DNA of 64,000 nucleotides from Octopus vulgaris (GCA_951406725.2 CATOCA020000001.1:1240001-1304000); one strand, 5' to 3'. Positions 13,961 to 27,427 are shown, numbered from the stretch's first letter. Numbers and translations: made by a program. The notes: generated by a model not told the origin, from the letters alone.

Positions 13961-14062
13961 CTGTGGGGAACGGTCATCAGCCATTCCAGGTGGTTGATTC
14001 TCATAAAGGGTAATTTCGTTGTATTTGCTGAAGTTCGATTTTGATTGTAAGTCAAATTTCAT
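13961..14062 (-). CDS. Candidate first coding exon of an unidentified host gene (MKFDLQ...GMADDRSPQ, phase-0 donor)
   Basis: Open frame from ATG 14062 (or ATG 13984) ends in a consensus donor CAG|GTAAGC at 13961/13960. The context is not obviously TE-derived and is relatively CpG-rich. No downstream exon was identified. Confidence 0.4.
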
Positions 14063-14077
14063 TGTTCTAGAGTTAGG

Positions 14078-14085
14078 TGACGTCA
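14078..14085. promoter_or_regulatory. CRE (CREB/ATF) palindrome TGACGTCA
   Basis: Exact consensus just upstream of the candidate minus-strand exon. Function is unproven. Confidence 0.4.
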
Positions 14086-14611
14086 GCAACTGGTATGTGT
14101 ATGGTGATATTGTGTGGCGATTCGGATTTGCGATTTCGAAACCCGCGTGGAAAACTGTTACTAAAGCGTTTTGAATATCTGTTGTATCTCGTTTTTTTTT
14201 TCTTTGTGGAGAAATTGTGTCTCTTTCATTTTTCGCTTTCGTGTTTAAACAGAGGTGAATAAGAGGGAATGAATTAAACGATATTCTTTATTCCATAATA
14301 CTACAATTGTTACTACATGATTTCACAACCATTGTACATGGTTCAGATGATATAATTAATAAATTGCGTAATCCTTACCATCTATCAGAGGTGTAAAACA
14401 GGCTTTTCAGGTGAGTATTTCAATAAGTCCTACGTTCCACCTTTAAGGAATTGTAGTGATGACACACGATGTAAATTATATAATCTCATCAAGAACTACG
14501 GATGTGATGTGTAGACACAATTGCATTGATATAGAATAAAGAAAGTCGCTGAAACCATTCTCTTATTCTTCATTAGGTATATATGTATATATGCAAGTAT
14601 GTATGTATGTA

Positions 14612-16283
14612 GCAATCCTCTCTCTTTTACTTGTGTTGTGTGGACGCCCCCAGACGATGAAGTAGGCTAGCTCAATACGTAGATATAGAGGGAGAAGTCT
14701 AGACGTCGAAGTAGAGTCGAGTTTAGTAGAGAAGTTTGTAGTTGATAGGTGTTGTTTTGAGATCGAGTTGTTGAAGTTGAGTTGTATTTGTGAGTGGAAC
14801 GTGAATTTATTGTTGATTGTTGCTGTTGTTGATACCGTTGTTAATATCGTTAAAGTTTTGTTGAGTTGATATTTCCCATTGAGGAAAATGGAGAAGGCGC
14901 CAGCGGGGGCTACTGGAGGAGAAGCGGGGAGAGAAGCATTGGAGACTTTTAAAGTAGAGGTCGAGGCCAGGAGGATGAAGGCTGGCGAGAGGCTGCTGAG
15001 TGGGGAAGGCGAGATGAAATTGACACCACCCGAGGAGCTGGTGAACAGCGTTATGAGGAAGACAGTGACATACAGGACTGTGAGGGTCGCTACAGGAAGG
15101 ATCGAGATAGTAACTGTGGAGGGGATCGAGAGGATGTTGGAAGGCATGAAAGGATGATAACCTTCGGAACAGGATGCAGGGAGTATGCAACTGTGGATGT
15201 GCGTTTCACATCAGAGGAGGAAGTGATGAGGCATGCTGCGGAGGCGGTCCGCTCAGAAGAATGGATTCTTCTGGCATCCTGTTGCGACGGACGTGTGGTG
15301 AGGGTTGGGTGAGCCAGGTGCCCCCTGAGCTGAAGGAGGCATGGCTGATGACGGCCATTGTGTACAACATGGAGGACGAGGCTGGAATATTGAGGGCCAC
15401 CAGAGCAAACAAGCTGCTGGGGCTGTGGGTTGGAACTAACAATCCAGGCTAAAGTGGAGGACTTGAACGGAATGGCAGAGGAGATAGTGTTACAATGAGA
15501 GGGAAGGTGGAAGGCAGGCCGCTTGTGTGTTTCGAGTATGGCGAGGAGGACACATGAAGGCGAGATGCCCACGGAGGGAGCAGAGAGAGACTGAAGAGGG
15601 TGTCGAGCAGGCATTGACAGTAGAGAATAATGAGAAAACAGCGGAAGAAGAATTCAAGCTAGTGGAAAAAAAAGGAGGAGCGGTAGGGTAAGTCCGCCAC
15701 AGACTAACCAGAAAAAGAAGAAAGAAGAGGTGGGAAAGAAAGGAGATAACGAGAAAGAAAGATGATAAAAGTGAGGCGGGAAAGGAAAGTGAAAAAATAA
15801 TTAAGAAGGTGTGTGACAATGAGTCAGAGAAGGAGGAAGCAAGTATGAAGATGAGAGGTGAATTGACGGAAGATTCAGGAAATCAACTTCAAGAGAAACT
15901 GAAGACGGAGAAAGAGAAGGTCTCAGATTCAGAGAAGAGTATAAAGGAACCTATAATATGAAAAGTAGTAAAACAAGAAAGGAGAAGACCGAAAGGGTGT
16001 AAGAACAAATGGAATTTTGTGACGTATGCTAAGAACAAGGAAGTGGAGAAACAAATCGTAAAGTTCATAAGGGTAAAGTTGTCCAATGACGTGCACCAAG
16101 AGAGTTCGAAGGTCATTGTGGTCGATAGGGAAACCTATAAGAAACTTAGAGATAGTGCGGGGATTGAATTGACCCAGCCAGAGCGTTGGTGACGTTCAAC
16201 GTGCTGCCCCCAGAAATTGATCTGTTAGAACTGGAGCCGTATATGTGACGTTAAAGGTGAAAAAAAGGAAAAAAAGAAAGGAA
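14612..16283 (+). mobile_element. Second L1/Tx1-type ORF1-only element (HAL1-like), degraded
   Basis: Broken ORF ~14888-16191 with YATVDVRF, VSQVPPEL, a degenerate knuckle CFEYG..GHMKARC (~15528-15570) and a K/E-rich region. An A-rich tail begins ~70 bp after the stop; no ORF2. Confidence 0.7.
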
Positions 16284-16289
16284 AACGTT

Positions 16290-17015
16290 TCATATTTGTG
16301 TTTATTTCGCAAGGCGACTTTTCCGAAGGAAATGAAGTTATAACTAAGGTAGTATAAGTTACTTTTATTAAACGTAACTCGGCCGGGAACTTTATGATAC
16401 CACTTCGTATATATACGACATGTTTCTAAGTTACCCTGTAACCAATTAACTAACATACACGGGTTTGTTCGGTTGAAGACCAGAGTATATGCAGAGGGAC
16501 AGAATACAGAAACAAAATTGCTTATCACACAGCCATACCAACGTCTAAGCATATACTCACACATACACACACACACACATCATACATGAGGGAAATGGAA
16601 AATGGATTTTACAAGATTCGTCAATCACTACGGCCGTTTCAGCCCGTCTTCAATCGGCCACTCACGGATGAGATAATGGTCCATTGTCCGCGGTGCATCT
16701 TTCTGTGCAGATGTTTCTCGTCAGTTGACGTTTCAAAAAGCACCTCGCTCAATAAACTCGTTTTCACTCGGTTCGATTATAATGTATTTCGTTATGTTAA
16801 GAAGAAGAACAACAATAACAACAAAAACAACAAGGAGAAAATGGCCGAGATGATGTTGATGATGATGATGAGGGGGAGGAGGATGGAGATGTTGATGGTA
16901 AATGTTGTAATAAGGACGGTGAGGAGGATTCGGGGGATAATGATGATGATGATTATCGAGAACGACGAGAAAGGCTTCGATGAATTGGTGATGACGACGT
17001 TGATTATTGCGATGA
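16290..17015 (+). repeat. Duplicated block B (mariner 3' end, SINE remnant, block X, degenerate (GAT)n); paralogous to 41560-42068 and 47340-47510
   Basis: Shared strings CCAATTAACTAACATACACGGGTTTGTTCGGTTG, GGAAATGGAAAATGGATTTTAC and GAAAATGGCCGAGATGATG. Confidence 0.9.
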
Positions 17016-17019
17016 TTAC

Positions 17020-20000
17020 TTTATTACCCACCAGGGGGCGACATAGAACATACAACACAATGACGAATGATTTACAACAATAAATGCGTTTTGGGGTCAA
17101 TTAAAATACATGGTGAATTTCGAGTTCGAATGATGGGACAATTACAAGAACAAATTTTTTTTTTTTTTACAAACTGAAGTGGGGCGGGTCTACGGACCCC
17201 TCGATCCCCGCCACGGCACTTAACCTTCTGTTTTTTTTTCTTTTTTACAACATATCTCGTATTTGCGAGGGACCTTTTACTCACCACATTTTTCCACCTT
17301 TCGTCAAACACTTTCTTGCTCAGGCTCCTCCTCTCTAGTTCTATATGTCTTTTCAGGTGGAATTTAAAATATTCCACCAGACCTGAACCAGAGATGAAGT
17401 CGCCTGTTATTAACCCTTTCATCCTTGTCTTCCATACTGCCTGTTTCGCAGTTGCAACCACAGCGAGAAAACAAAACTTACCTTCTTTCGTTAAGAAATC
17501 TGGTGGGCTGATTTTTACAATAGATTCGGCTGATAGCTGTACTCTCCGTTCACCTGACATCAGTTGTTCGGCACAAACCCACATCTCTGCCACCTCCGAA
17601 CACTGCACGATCGCGGCGAGACGGTTTCCCGTTCTCGCCCACATCTCGCACAGGTCGGGCTGACTTGGCAACCGTGCCTTGCAAGCTTGTCCCGAACAGG
17701 TAAGGCTCCTCGGTAGCACTGCCATGCCAAAGACTTCAGGAAATTATCCAGGGTCTTCGGCCCGAATGTACGTTGGAACAGACTGGCCAGCTGATTATCG
17801 TCGAAACCTAGGGTTTCCCCTAGCGTATCATCGTTACCGGCCTCTACAAACCCTCTATAAAACACAGCGGTAGAACCACTGCCGCAGGCATTGCCCGAGC
17901 GACGGAATAGTCGGAGTGCCTTGCGACACTCCGTATACCACGTACCCAACTTTGATCTGTGATTATACCAGCCCTCCCGGCCACCGAAACTGGTGAACCT
18001 GGGGAACATCTGTTTCGACAGCGGAGACCACACCCGTTCACTACCCAGATGGAGCCACAGCTGCCTTAGCCTCAGCGCATTTCTGCGCATCATTAGCCAC
18101 GGCATCCCTAGTCCACCCTGTAACGGTTTTTGACAACAGACAGAGCGTCTCACAAGGTTTCGGTTTCGACAAGAAGCGAGTCTCTCCCTTTCCACAAGAA
18201 GCGAAAGAGCTGTCTCTCCAACTTGCTCAACCACGACCTCGCTCCAGTTCTTCTAGGCATCGACGTGCCTCTCCAGGTGCCGAGTTGCAAGCCGACCGAC
18301 TTTTCACGATTAACCTTTCCTCCTGTCACCGTCTCGTACACCTCTATGGCCATGTCTACTTTACGTAGGTGGTCCACTTCAGTCACGATGATAGTGATGT
18401 CATCCGCGTACGCCGAAACCGACATATCACATTCTGGTTGCCTCGGGATGCCGCTCAGTTTTCGCAGCAGCGCTCATACATACAAGCATTTCGATGATCC
18501 ACCTGAACAACGAGTCGACATTTCGGAAGCCAAGACCCAGGCCGAACTGAGCCAGAACAGACACCAGGTAGTGATGGTCGACCCTATCGAAAGCTTTTGA
18601 CTGGTCTAAATGGACCACTGCCCCTCCCTTGCCGGGATCATTATTTATTCCCTCTAACGTGTATCTAATAAGATGGAGATTATCCTGAATGGCTCCGGCT
18701 GGTACGGCGCAAATTTGCGCTTTCCCAATCAGTCCATTCGCGACACGCGCCAATCTGTTCGATAACACTTTGGCCAAAATCTTCAGCTCTGCGTTCAGCA
18801 GAGTGATGGGCCTGAAATTATCTATTACGTCCCCCTTGCTCTGGTCCTTCCTGATTAGCGTCACCACTCCCCGGCGCACAGATCTGGGAATGAACCCATT
18901 CTGCTGCCAGTTTGCGTAGACGCCCGTCAGTAAGTCCCCGAACAAGTCCGGCATACTTTTATAAAGTTCGTAGGGTAGACCATCCAGTCCCGGCGCCTTA
19001 CCCGCACCGCAGTCCGCCATAGCCTCCATTACCTCCCCAGGTGTGATCGGCTCCTCACTACACTTCGCGTCCTGCTCCGAGAGGCGCGGCAGCCCGTCAA
19101 GGAGGTCCGTAAGGCCCCTCCGCCTATCCGGTCCGCCGCTCCCCCCAAAAAGCTGGGCGAAGTGGTCCTGAAAAGCTTGACACATCTCCTCGGGCTCGTC
19201 TGTCAACTTACCCTGTTGGTTCGCCAGAGATCGAATTGTAGCATCATTGCCACGTTGGGCTTCCACCACTCGGGCCCATCCTGCAGCCTTGATACCTTCT
19301 CTCCCCATTGTGCGTTGTCTAGCCCTGACAATGCAACCCATGTGCTTGGCTTCAACGTGCTGGTTAAGAACCAGTCTCTTGACCTTCACCTGGTCTGCAT
19401 TGCCAGTTCGCATTGCTTCCTCTAAGTCCTTAACTAGTGTATTCGCCTTCCTAGCCTCTCTAGCTACGAGATTTGTACTCTACCTAATGGACTCGTATTT
19501 TATGGCTCGCTTGAGGGCATACCACCATTTGTTGTTAACAATGGAACCGGTCAAAGCCCTCTGGATCATTAACCTAATCATGTCCCTGTACTCCTTAATC
19601 GCCAAAAGGGACGTATTAAGTTTCCAGTAACCAGGACCTCTATTTATCTTATCTACGTCTAGCCTACAGGTGACCATCTTGTGGTCACTGTAGCTGACCA
19701 TGTGGAGTTGTGGACTCTTAACTAGGTTCTTATCTACCTTCCTAACTAATATCCTGTCTATGTATGACCTTAACGATCCGTCGCTTGTTGACCACGTCCA
19801 CAGTGGAGCGACCGGACGTTCCAGTCTATATGGGTCTACCAGCTCAAAACGTCTTAGTAGACTCAGGAAGCAAGCATTTCCTTTTCTATTTCTGTCTGTT
19901 TGCGAGCCTTCACAGTCTACCCGCACATCGCAGATTGTGTTGAAGGCACCTAACATTACTACAGGGTACGATGTACTCAGAAACTTTTCCAGATTCCGAA

Positions 20001-20692
20001 AATAATCACTTTTTCCCGTTTCCGGCGGGTGCGTAAACCGCAACCAGCCTGATTGTCTTACGACTGCTGAACGTCAACTCAACGACGACCAGCCTACCTT
20101 CCGGATCTGCAAAAATCAACTTTTTCTCAGAAACCCGGTTCTTTTTAACCAGGACCAACACCCCGCTTCCGCCGCATGACGGGTTCGGAGAGATAATACT
20201 CTCGTAACCGTTGAACAGCGGGAGCAGATCTCTTGGCCCCTTTAACCGGGTTTCTGTGGCAACAACAACATCTAAATCCCGTGACCTGATGTCGTTTAGG
20301 AGGCGCCCTTGCTTCCAGCTCGTCATCAGGCCACGCACATTTATGCATCCTACACAAATACGAGACATAGCTTACCTTTTGCCGTGTTTCTTATTTTCCT
20401 GTTGCACCTGTGGGGAAGTCCGCCTTAAACAATGTCTCGTCTAAGTCGTGTCGCAGACCAACTATGTCCCCTGGGTATTGGCTCTTTAGAATGTTTGAGT
20501 TCATTACGTCTATTTTGAATACCTCTGTTTTTTTTGATAATATCCGGTACGTCTCCATTCTTTCTGCGTTCGGTATTTTCATTAAGTCACTCATAAGACT
20601 GTCTTTTTTTTTGTTAATTGAGATGAAAACATCCTCTATAATTCTTTTTTGGGGGCATGTTGTGGAGGATGGGGAGGCAAAGGAGGACTGAG
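17020..20692 (-). mobile_element. L1/Tx1-type LINE: ORF1 C-terminus + ORF2 (APE endonuclease, RT, zf-RVT), frameshifted with internal deletions
   Basis: ORF2 starts at 20368 (CINVRGL, ATETRL), followed by RSYIDRIL, SDHK, GPGYWKLN, GKAPGLDGLP, NFRPITLLN, DQSKAFDRV, AYADD and CARCGRERETV. Confidence 0.95.
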
Positions 20693-20696
20693 GGGA

Positions 20697-20990
20697 GTAA
20701 TTAGTCCGTCTGTAACGCTTTCTCGTGATTAGAGAAAAAGTGGTAAAGTGAAGTGTCCATGATATGAGGTTGATGGAACGTAACTGTAACGCTTTCACGT
20801 GATAGGTGAATGCAAAGAGAGACCAAGAGAAAGAGAAAGGAGAGAGAAAAAGAGGAAGAGGGCATGTGGTAGGGGGAACGTAATATTTATTACACGATAA
20901 AAAGTTAGTTGAAGGTAGTGATATTGAGGAGGGTTATGAATATAATTTAGGTAGAGGGGTGATGTTCTGATGGTGAGATTAAAGAAAAAA

Positions 20991-21064
<74 letters not shown>

Positions 21065-21069
21065 ATATG

Positions 21070-21113
<44 letters not shown>

Positions 21114-21300
21114 ATATATATCAGTAGATAAAAAGGGAGGCTAAGAGAGATGGTGTTAGTGGTGGTAGTAAGTATTTTAAATCTCCTATCACCTAACGCA
21201 TGATCAGAAATGCAATTCCATGAAATATTCACACTTATATACAGTGTCATATGTACGGCGTATATATATATATATATTACAATTAGATATATATTATAAT
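20697..21300 (+). repeat. Duplicated block, paralogous to 49578-50295
   Basis: Shared TTAGTCCGTC.GTAACGCTTTCTCGTGATTAGAGAAAAAG, TGTGGTAGGGGGAACGTAATATTTATTAC and ATATTCACACTTAT.TACAGTGTCATATGTACG. Confidence 0.9.
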
Positions 21301-21720
21301 GAAAGTACCAGGAGTGTAAATGTACAATTGCGAAAGAGTGAACTACACTTCAGAAGAAGGGATTATATAAGGCGTTACAATTTTTCCACAAGCAATGAAA
21401 TAGCTGCACCGTGAAAAGAGAGACATTCTTGTCTATCCATGGAATTCACTTGCGGAGTGAATCGCGTAGACATTGTGCCATCTAGTCTCAATGAGTTATC
21501 CACTTCTATTCCCTCATGGAAAGTCCGGATGGCACTGTGGGATTCTACATGTGGCGAAACGCAGAACATCCGCTCGCAGACGACTCAAAATGTAAATTAG
21601 GGTTGCTGATTGCAGTACCTTGGGGACCATCAGGCCCAGTTGCTTGTAGAGCAGTACGATGGACTTATGGACTACCTGCAGAGAGGAGCTGATGAGAATG
21701 TTGAGCCAGGAGCTCAAAAT

Positions 21721-22218
21721 GAATAACGTATAGTCTACTGACTAATTCGTCTTTTGTGCTAGGTCACTGGTAATAAGAATTTATTTTTATTACCCTAGTT
21801 ACTATGTTTTAAAAATTGCTCGATAAATTTGCTAGTAAATTTTTACCGGCATACCCTCTGTTCGCCGGGTATAGGTTGCGTCTACGCACTGGTCTGAAAA
21901 GTTAGAGTATACATATCGCTAGATTTGTACGTGCTTCTAGCGATATGTACAGCTTGGATTATAAAGGCTTCCTGCTGACGAGTCTGGCCTTAGCAGATGA
22001 ATTCTATTCATTTGCTAAAAAGAAGATGAAACTGCAGTACAGGATTAGCTGAGATGGTAAACGTTTTTGATTTTCTTTCCATTTCATGAATTTATCCCCC
22101 CCCTGTGTATTTAGTACTTGCTTCTTTATTTGGAAGCCTTTTAATGTACTTATATATGAATAACGTATAGTCTAATGACTAATTCGTCTTTTGTGCTAGG
22201 TCACTGGTGATAAAGAAT
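21721..22218 (+). mobile_element. Direct-repeat-bounded unit (Penelope pLTR/retrozyme-like) containing a hammerhead-like motif
   Basis: ~60-bp direct repeats at 21721-21780 and 22158-22218. Internal CCTG-CTGACGA-GTCTG..CAGAT...GAAA-CTGCAG-TA-CAGG at 21971-22043. Confidence 0.65.
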
Positions 22219-22227
22219 ATATATATA

Positions 22228-22282
<55 letters not shown>

Positions 22283-22789
22283 ATTAAGAGGAGGGATATA
22301 ATATCAAAGCAGATAGCGAATGGCAAGGCTGGATCCTTCAGATGGTAGGTTTTACGCTGAATGTCCTTTAGGTCCCAACCGATGTAACAGTTTATTTTTT
22401 GGCAACCTAGATATACAGTCTAATAATGATAATAATGGGATTGAGTTTGTATATTCAAATTCTTAATTCTCTCTGTCTCTCTCACTCTCACTTTTTCTTT
22501 ATTTCATTCTTTCTTTCTTTCATTCTTTCTTTCTTTCTTTCTCTCTTTTCTTTCTCTCTCTCTCTCTCTATATATATATATACTTATAACTTGAAGATAT
22601 ACTCGTTAAAATGTTATTTGTTATAAACATTTATATATGTATATGTTAGGGTGTGTATGTGTGTATATGTACATTTATATATATTCAAATAAATGCTCTC
22701 TCTCTGATCCACAGATCCGATTCACAGATCCTTGGTGATCCTACTAATGGGCAGAAAAGACACACGAAACGTAGAAAAAAAACCTCTAT

Positions 22790-25260
22790 GAATAAATTAT
22801 GTAAATGTCCCGCCCTCTGATTTTTAATTGTTCCTCAAGCTGAAGAAGTTGAAGGAGACTGTAACAAGGGTCCTGGAGACACTTCCTTTCAGATGAGATT
22901 TCAGCTTAGGTCTGTAGATTATTTTTCGAAAGCTGCGCCGAAAGAGGTTCCACAGTTTAAGGTGCCCCTTGGTTATCCAAACGATAATCGATGCGATAGT
23001 ATTTAGTATAACTGATTTTAGTATAAGTCATTTACGCAATTCGGTAGCTTAATAACACCTAAGTTTGCTAGGTCCGAAGACGTCAGTAGTAATACTGTTT
23101 GGAAACATGGTGGTTCTGTCCAGTGACATGACACAGGTTCCTCTGTCAAGCACCATGTCTATCTTACCGTTGGTGAATGAATGAGGTTCAAACTAAGACT
23201 ACGACAGTCATATTGTTTCCTATGACTTCAACTCTATGCGTAAATTGAATGAAGTATGGGTGCTATGCCTTTGCAATCCGTGTTTGGTCCATATTAAGCA
23301 TACCCAAACCCTAACCCTATATTTAGAGGCTGTTCCCCATTCTATTGCGTACAGTATACTCTCCTCAAAGCACACATATTCATAGCTGGGCATAATTCAC
23401 CATGGATTATGACTTCATAACATGCACCTTAATTTTTCTAACTGTTTTAGCTATCGAAGTAGTCACGAGTTGACATTGACATCCTTTCGTATTGCCCACC
23501 CTTGTATCTAACTATCGCAGTCAACTCTCGGTTGATAATTTATTTAAAGATCGGTAGATTGATGACTTGACGTATAACTTCATACATGCTCCAGCACAAA
23601 ATCTTCCTGAGATACTCCGAGCAGAAACTGAAATCAAGTCCTCATATGCAACCACAAGCTATAGAAGAGTACCACTCTATTAAATAATTTTGTTGAATTC
23701 AAATGTGGAATCCATTGTTTAGGATTACGTCTAGATTTCAAGATACCTAAACCCTCAATTTTCACTATTTTCCTCATATTTCAGGGAAATATATTGGGAA
23801 ATGTAGTACGAATGTCTATTATGGTTTATCGATTATTTTATTAAAGGTCTGGTGTAAAGATCGGGTAATGAAATAATGGCCGCAGCGAGCATTAGTCCCA
23901 GGGTATTTTAATGTGAATAAACAGGCTTTAGTTCAGCCGGAGAAAATCATCCAACATCCACTTCTTATCAAGGCAGATTGCAATTAAATACGATGCTGGG
24001 CTATTGAGCTTCAGCACTAAGAAAACCATTCAAACACAAATTCATGAAAAAATAGGCATGAACAATAATGTAAACTGTCTAGAAATTTAGAGATATTTGC
24101 TAGCTTTTCAGTAGAAGTTAAAAAAATCCTAGCTTTGAAGACAATGCAATTTCTATGTATATTAGTACGTTCTTCATAAGCTGGTTTATTCGAAAACAAA
24201 TCAAAGACATTCTGTGGATCCAGTATTTTACAATTCTGATGTGATCGTATTAAATTGATGTCCGTTTCGGATTCTGTTCAGTTCGTCCAGTTATTTCGTT
24301 CGCCTGACGATATTTCCAAAGTATTGTGTTGAATAAAGTTCAAATTGTTTATACACCAAGAACGGGGATTTATATTTTCTACCGTTGAATTCTGACAGAT
24401 TTCATATTTTCTTTCGAATAGGAGTAAAGCAGGCTTGAAACCGATTCACAGGATGACCAAGTCTAGAGGGAAGGAGAAAAGATGGTATTCTTCAACTGAA
24501 GAATGTTTAAGACAATATGGACTTCACTAACGGCACTCAAAATTAAAGATGGTGGTTTTGAACAGAGATGTGCTTTAAGACTACCATTGAAATAGACCAG
24601 TAGAGACAGAGAAGGATACAGCATAGCCGTGGACATGGTGTTGAAACACGGCCATTTGTAATGGGCTGAAGATTAGACAAGTGTCCCTCACAATGTTACT
24701 TGAAAACGTAACCTTCGCTGAGCATTATTAGCAGTGAAGATCTTTCGTGGCGCAAGTAGATCCTTTGCATAGATAGTACGGTATTTTAAAGTCCAATCCT
24801 TCTCTTTGCAGCCAAATTTCAAGACCATTTACAATGCTCAAGTGAAGCACACAATGAAGAAATCTTTCTACATCTGGAACGGTGATACACATCCGGGATT
24901 GCATCGAAAGAAGGGTGACGTGGCTAAATTTTACTCTATCCCTAACAGACATACTCTAACAGCTATCTCGCAGGCAGGATATCTCTTCTCTTTGTTTTGC
25001 CACTGTCACTGTCATGCTACAGATTCTTGTAGGAGTTGGTTGAGCTCTTGACCCCACCAAGCAGGTACTACCGACTCACTCGTCTATTCCTTTGCTCCTC
25101 GATCTTAAACATCAGTTCGTTTTCAGTATGAACCTCTGTGCTAAACACTTCAACCCCTTCATCATTCCAGTAAATGTTGGCCTGTAGCAGCTTAAACGGA
25201 ACGTTCATGGTATCTATCTCAGATTTCATTCAATTCACGCTTAAATTATGAAAGATGAAA
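22790..25260 (+). mobile_element. Possible ancient CR1/L2-like LINE remnant
   Basis: Higher-complexity sequence with no long ORF. The segment near 24975-25090 (LFSLFCHCHCH...) resembles the C-terminus of CR1-group ORF2. Weak evidence. Confidence 0.3.
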
Positions 25261-26186
25261 ATACCTAACTTATTAAACAGAACATTGACTTTGCCATTCC
25301 ACATCTTCAGATTTACGAGGTTTAAAGAATAACATTAACAAAACATTGCTATTTGCTTTACATTAGGATTTCTCAAATGGTTAAAAAAGGTTGTTGACAA
25401 ATGGGACTGATCGAATGAATCGATCCACTTTAGTATTTGAATTTTGATTAAAACTTGAAGTGATGCAAGCCATTTAATTGGAAATAATCGCCTAGAACAT
25501 AAATTAGTTCTTATGATTTTCATGAGCATCTAATAATAATTCGGCTTATTCCTCCGTCAGTAGGAATCAGCAGAATTCTTATTAGATAATAATAGCGCAT
25601 CTGTAACACTTTTACAAGATGAATTGAAGGGATATGCGAAGAGCGAGAGAAAAGAGGGAGTAGAGGGAAAAAGCGGGTATGGTGAAGAGCGTGCCTGGGT
25701 CCTTGTATATTATCATATATTGAGGGATGTGTGTTGAGAGAGAAGAGTTGAGAAAATTTATGACGTATAAACGATAAGGAAAACAGGTTGGGAATTAAAA
25801 AATGAAACAATAAAAATGGTTAGGAAATGTAAAGGTAGGTAAAAAGTTGTTTACTGCATCGATATATGGAGCAGGATATCAGTTGAGGTGCAAGGCAATT
25901 AGTTAGGGGATGACACAGGGGTGGGTGGGGTATTGTTGCTATTTGTACTTAGAATATGAATTGCATAATTTGTGTCAAGAAGTAAATATTATTCTATCCC
26001 GTTCATTTCAAATATTTCCTTACTGCGGACAGTGATTAAACCCGTTTGGATACGATATCTACGATAGAGTTTAGGAGAACTGGCGTTGTGGTTGGGTGAA
26101 AAGTTGGCGTAGTTGAGGTTCTCCTTAAGTTTATGGCATGGGTAGAAAATTTGGCTTTGTAGATCTAGGGTGACATCTAGGAAATT

Positions 26187-26480
26187 ACGGCAATAGATTG
26201 GAGTTCAAGTGCCCACAACTATTTAATGCCTTGCCAACACATCTGAGGTATCTCCATGTAATGGATGTAGATGTTTCAAGATACAACATGATCTCTTGCA
26301 ATCCAAGATACCAAATGAACCAATATCGGGGCAGGAAACTCAAACGAGGGCATCGAAAGCAAATTCCGTCCTTCAGCAAAGGCCAATCCCATAAAATTGG
26401 CCAGTCGAAAGGTGCTTACACTGGTGGGACCCCATCATCGACACAGCCTCAGGGTTAAAACATATAAAAGAATAAAAGAA
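26187..26480 (+). mobile_element. CR1/L2-group LINE 3' end
   Basis: PQLFNALPTHLR motif, then a GGTGGGACCCCA...AAAC tail with (ATAAAAGA) repeats. Confidence 0.6.
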
Positions 26481-27368
26481 CATAAATATATATGTATATC
26501 AATTTAATATATATGTATATCAATTTAATAAATAAAATATATGCATACGTATATATATATATATATATGAGTACAGGTACCACAAATAAGCGTAGAACAC
26601 AACGAGAAACGAAAACATAAAATCAAACAAGGAAACGGACTTTCTTTAACAATGAAAAAACAGGGTTCAAGACAAACAATACAAGAAAAATTCCCCTTCA
26701 TCAGTTGCCGCTGTTTCAACTCAATGCGTGTTTCGAATGTAAGGGCAGAACACGATCCGGCTGAAACAGTCATTCCTGCAAAATGAATTAAATAAAATTC
26801 TTTTGCAGAGGGGTAAAACAATTGACAAGAACAGGACGTAAAAGCAATACAAATGAAGAAAAAACGGTACAAATAAAGAATAACAGGACAAGGAAACCAA
26901 CTATAAGGGCTTTTTTAAGCCTAGACGGTGGAACAATTCGTTAGAACGCATTCTGAAGATCGGCTTGCGGAAGACAGAAGAATTCGATGTTGACTTGTTG
27001 AAAGCATCGGGCAGAAAGAAAGTTAGTAGTCGCCCGTTCAGAGACGAGAGAGAAGAGGAGGAGTGAGATATAGAGAGGAGGAGGAGTGAGAGATAGAGAG
27101 AGAAAGAGGAGAAGAAACCAGAAAGGGTGAAAAATAAGGAGAGAGACAGGTAGAGAGGGAGACAGAAAGGCGGGGAGGAAAGTTCAGGTAAAGAGTTAAG
27201 AGTGCGCGTCATAATTATAGAAATAAAAACTTACTTGCAGAAGAAAAAGAAAACAACGCGTTGCGTTCAATCATATAATAACATTTTGATAAATAAAACA
27301 TATGCATACATACATACATAAATATATATATATATATATATATGTGTGTGTATGTATATATGTATATA

Positions 27369-27427
<59 letters not shown>

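Noticed and set aside
16586-17083. 165-aa ORF, or a terminal exon (TGCAG acceptor + AATAAA) in duplicated block X
   Set aside because: The paralogue at ~41870 has an early stop (CGT TAA), the C-terminal half is microsatellite, and the block is better explained as a hammerhead-bearing repeat on the minus strand.
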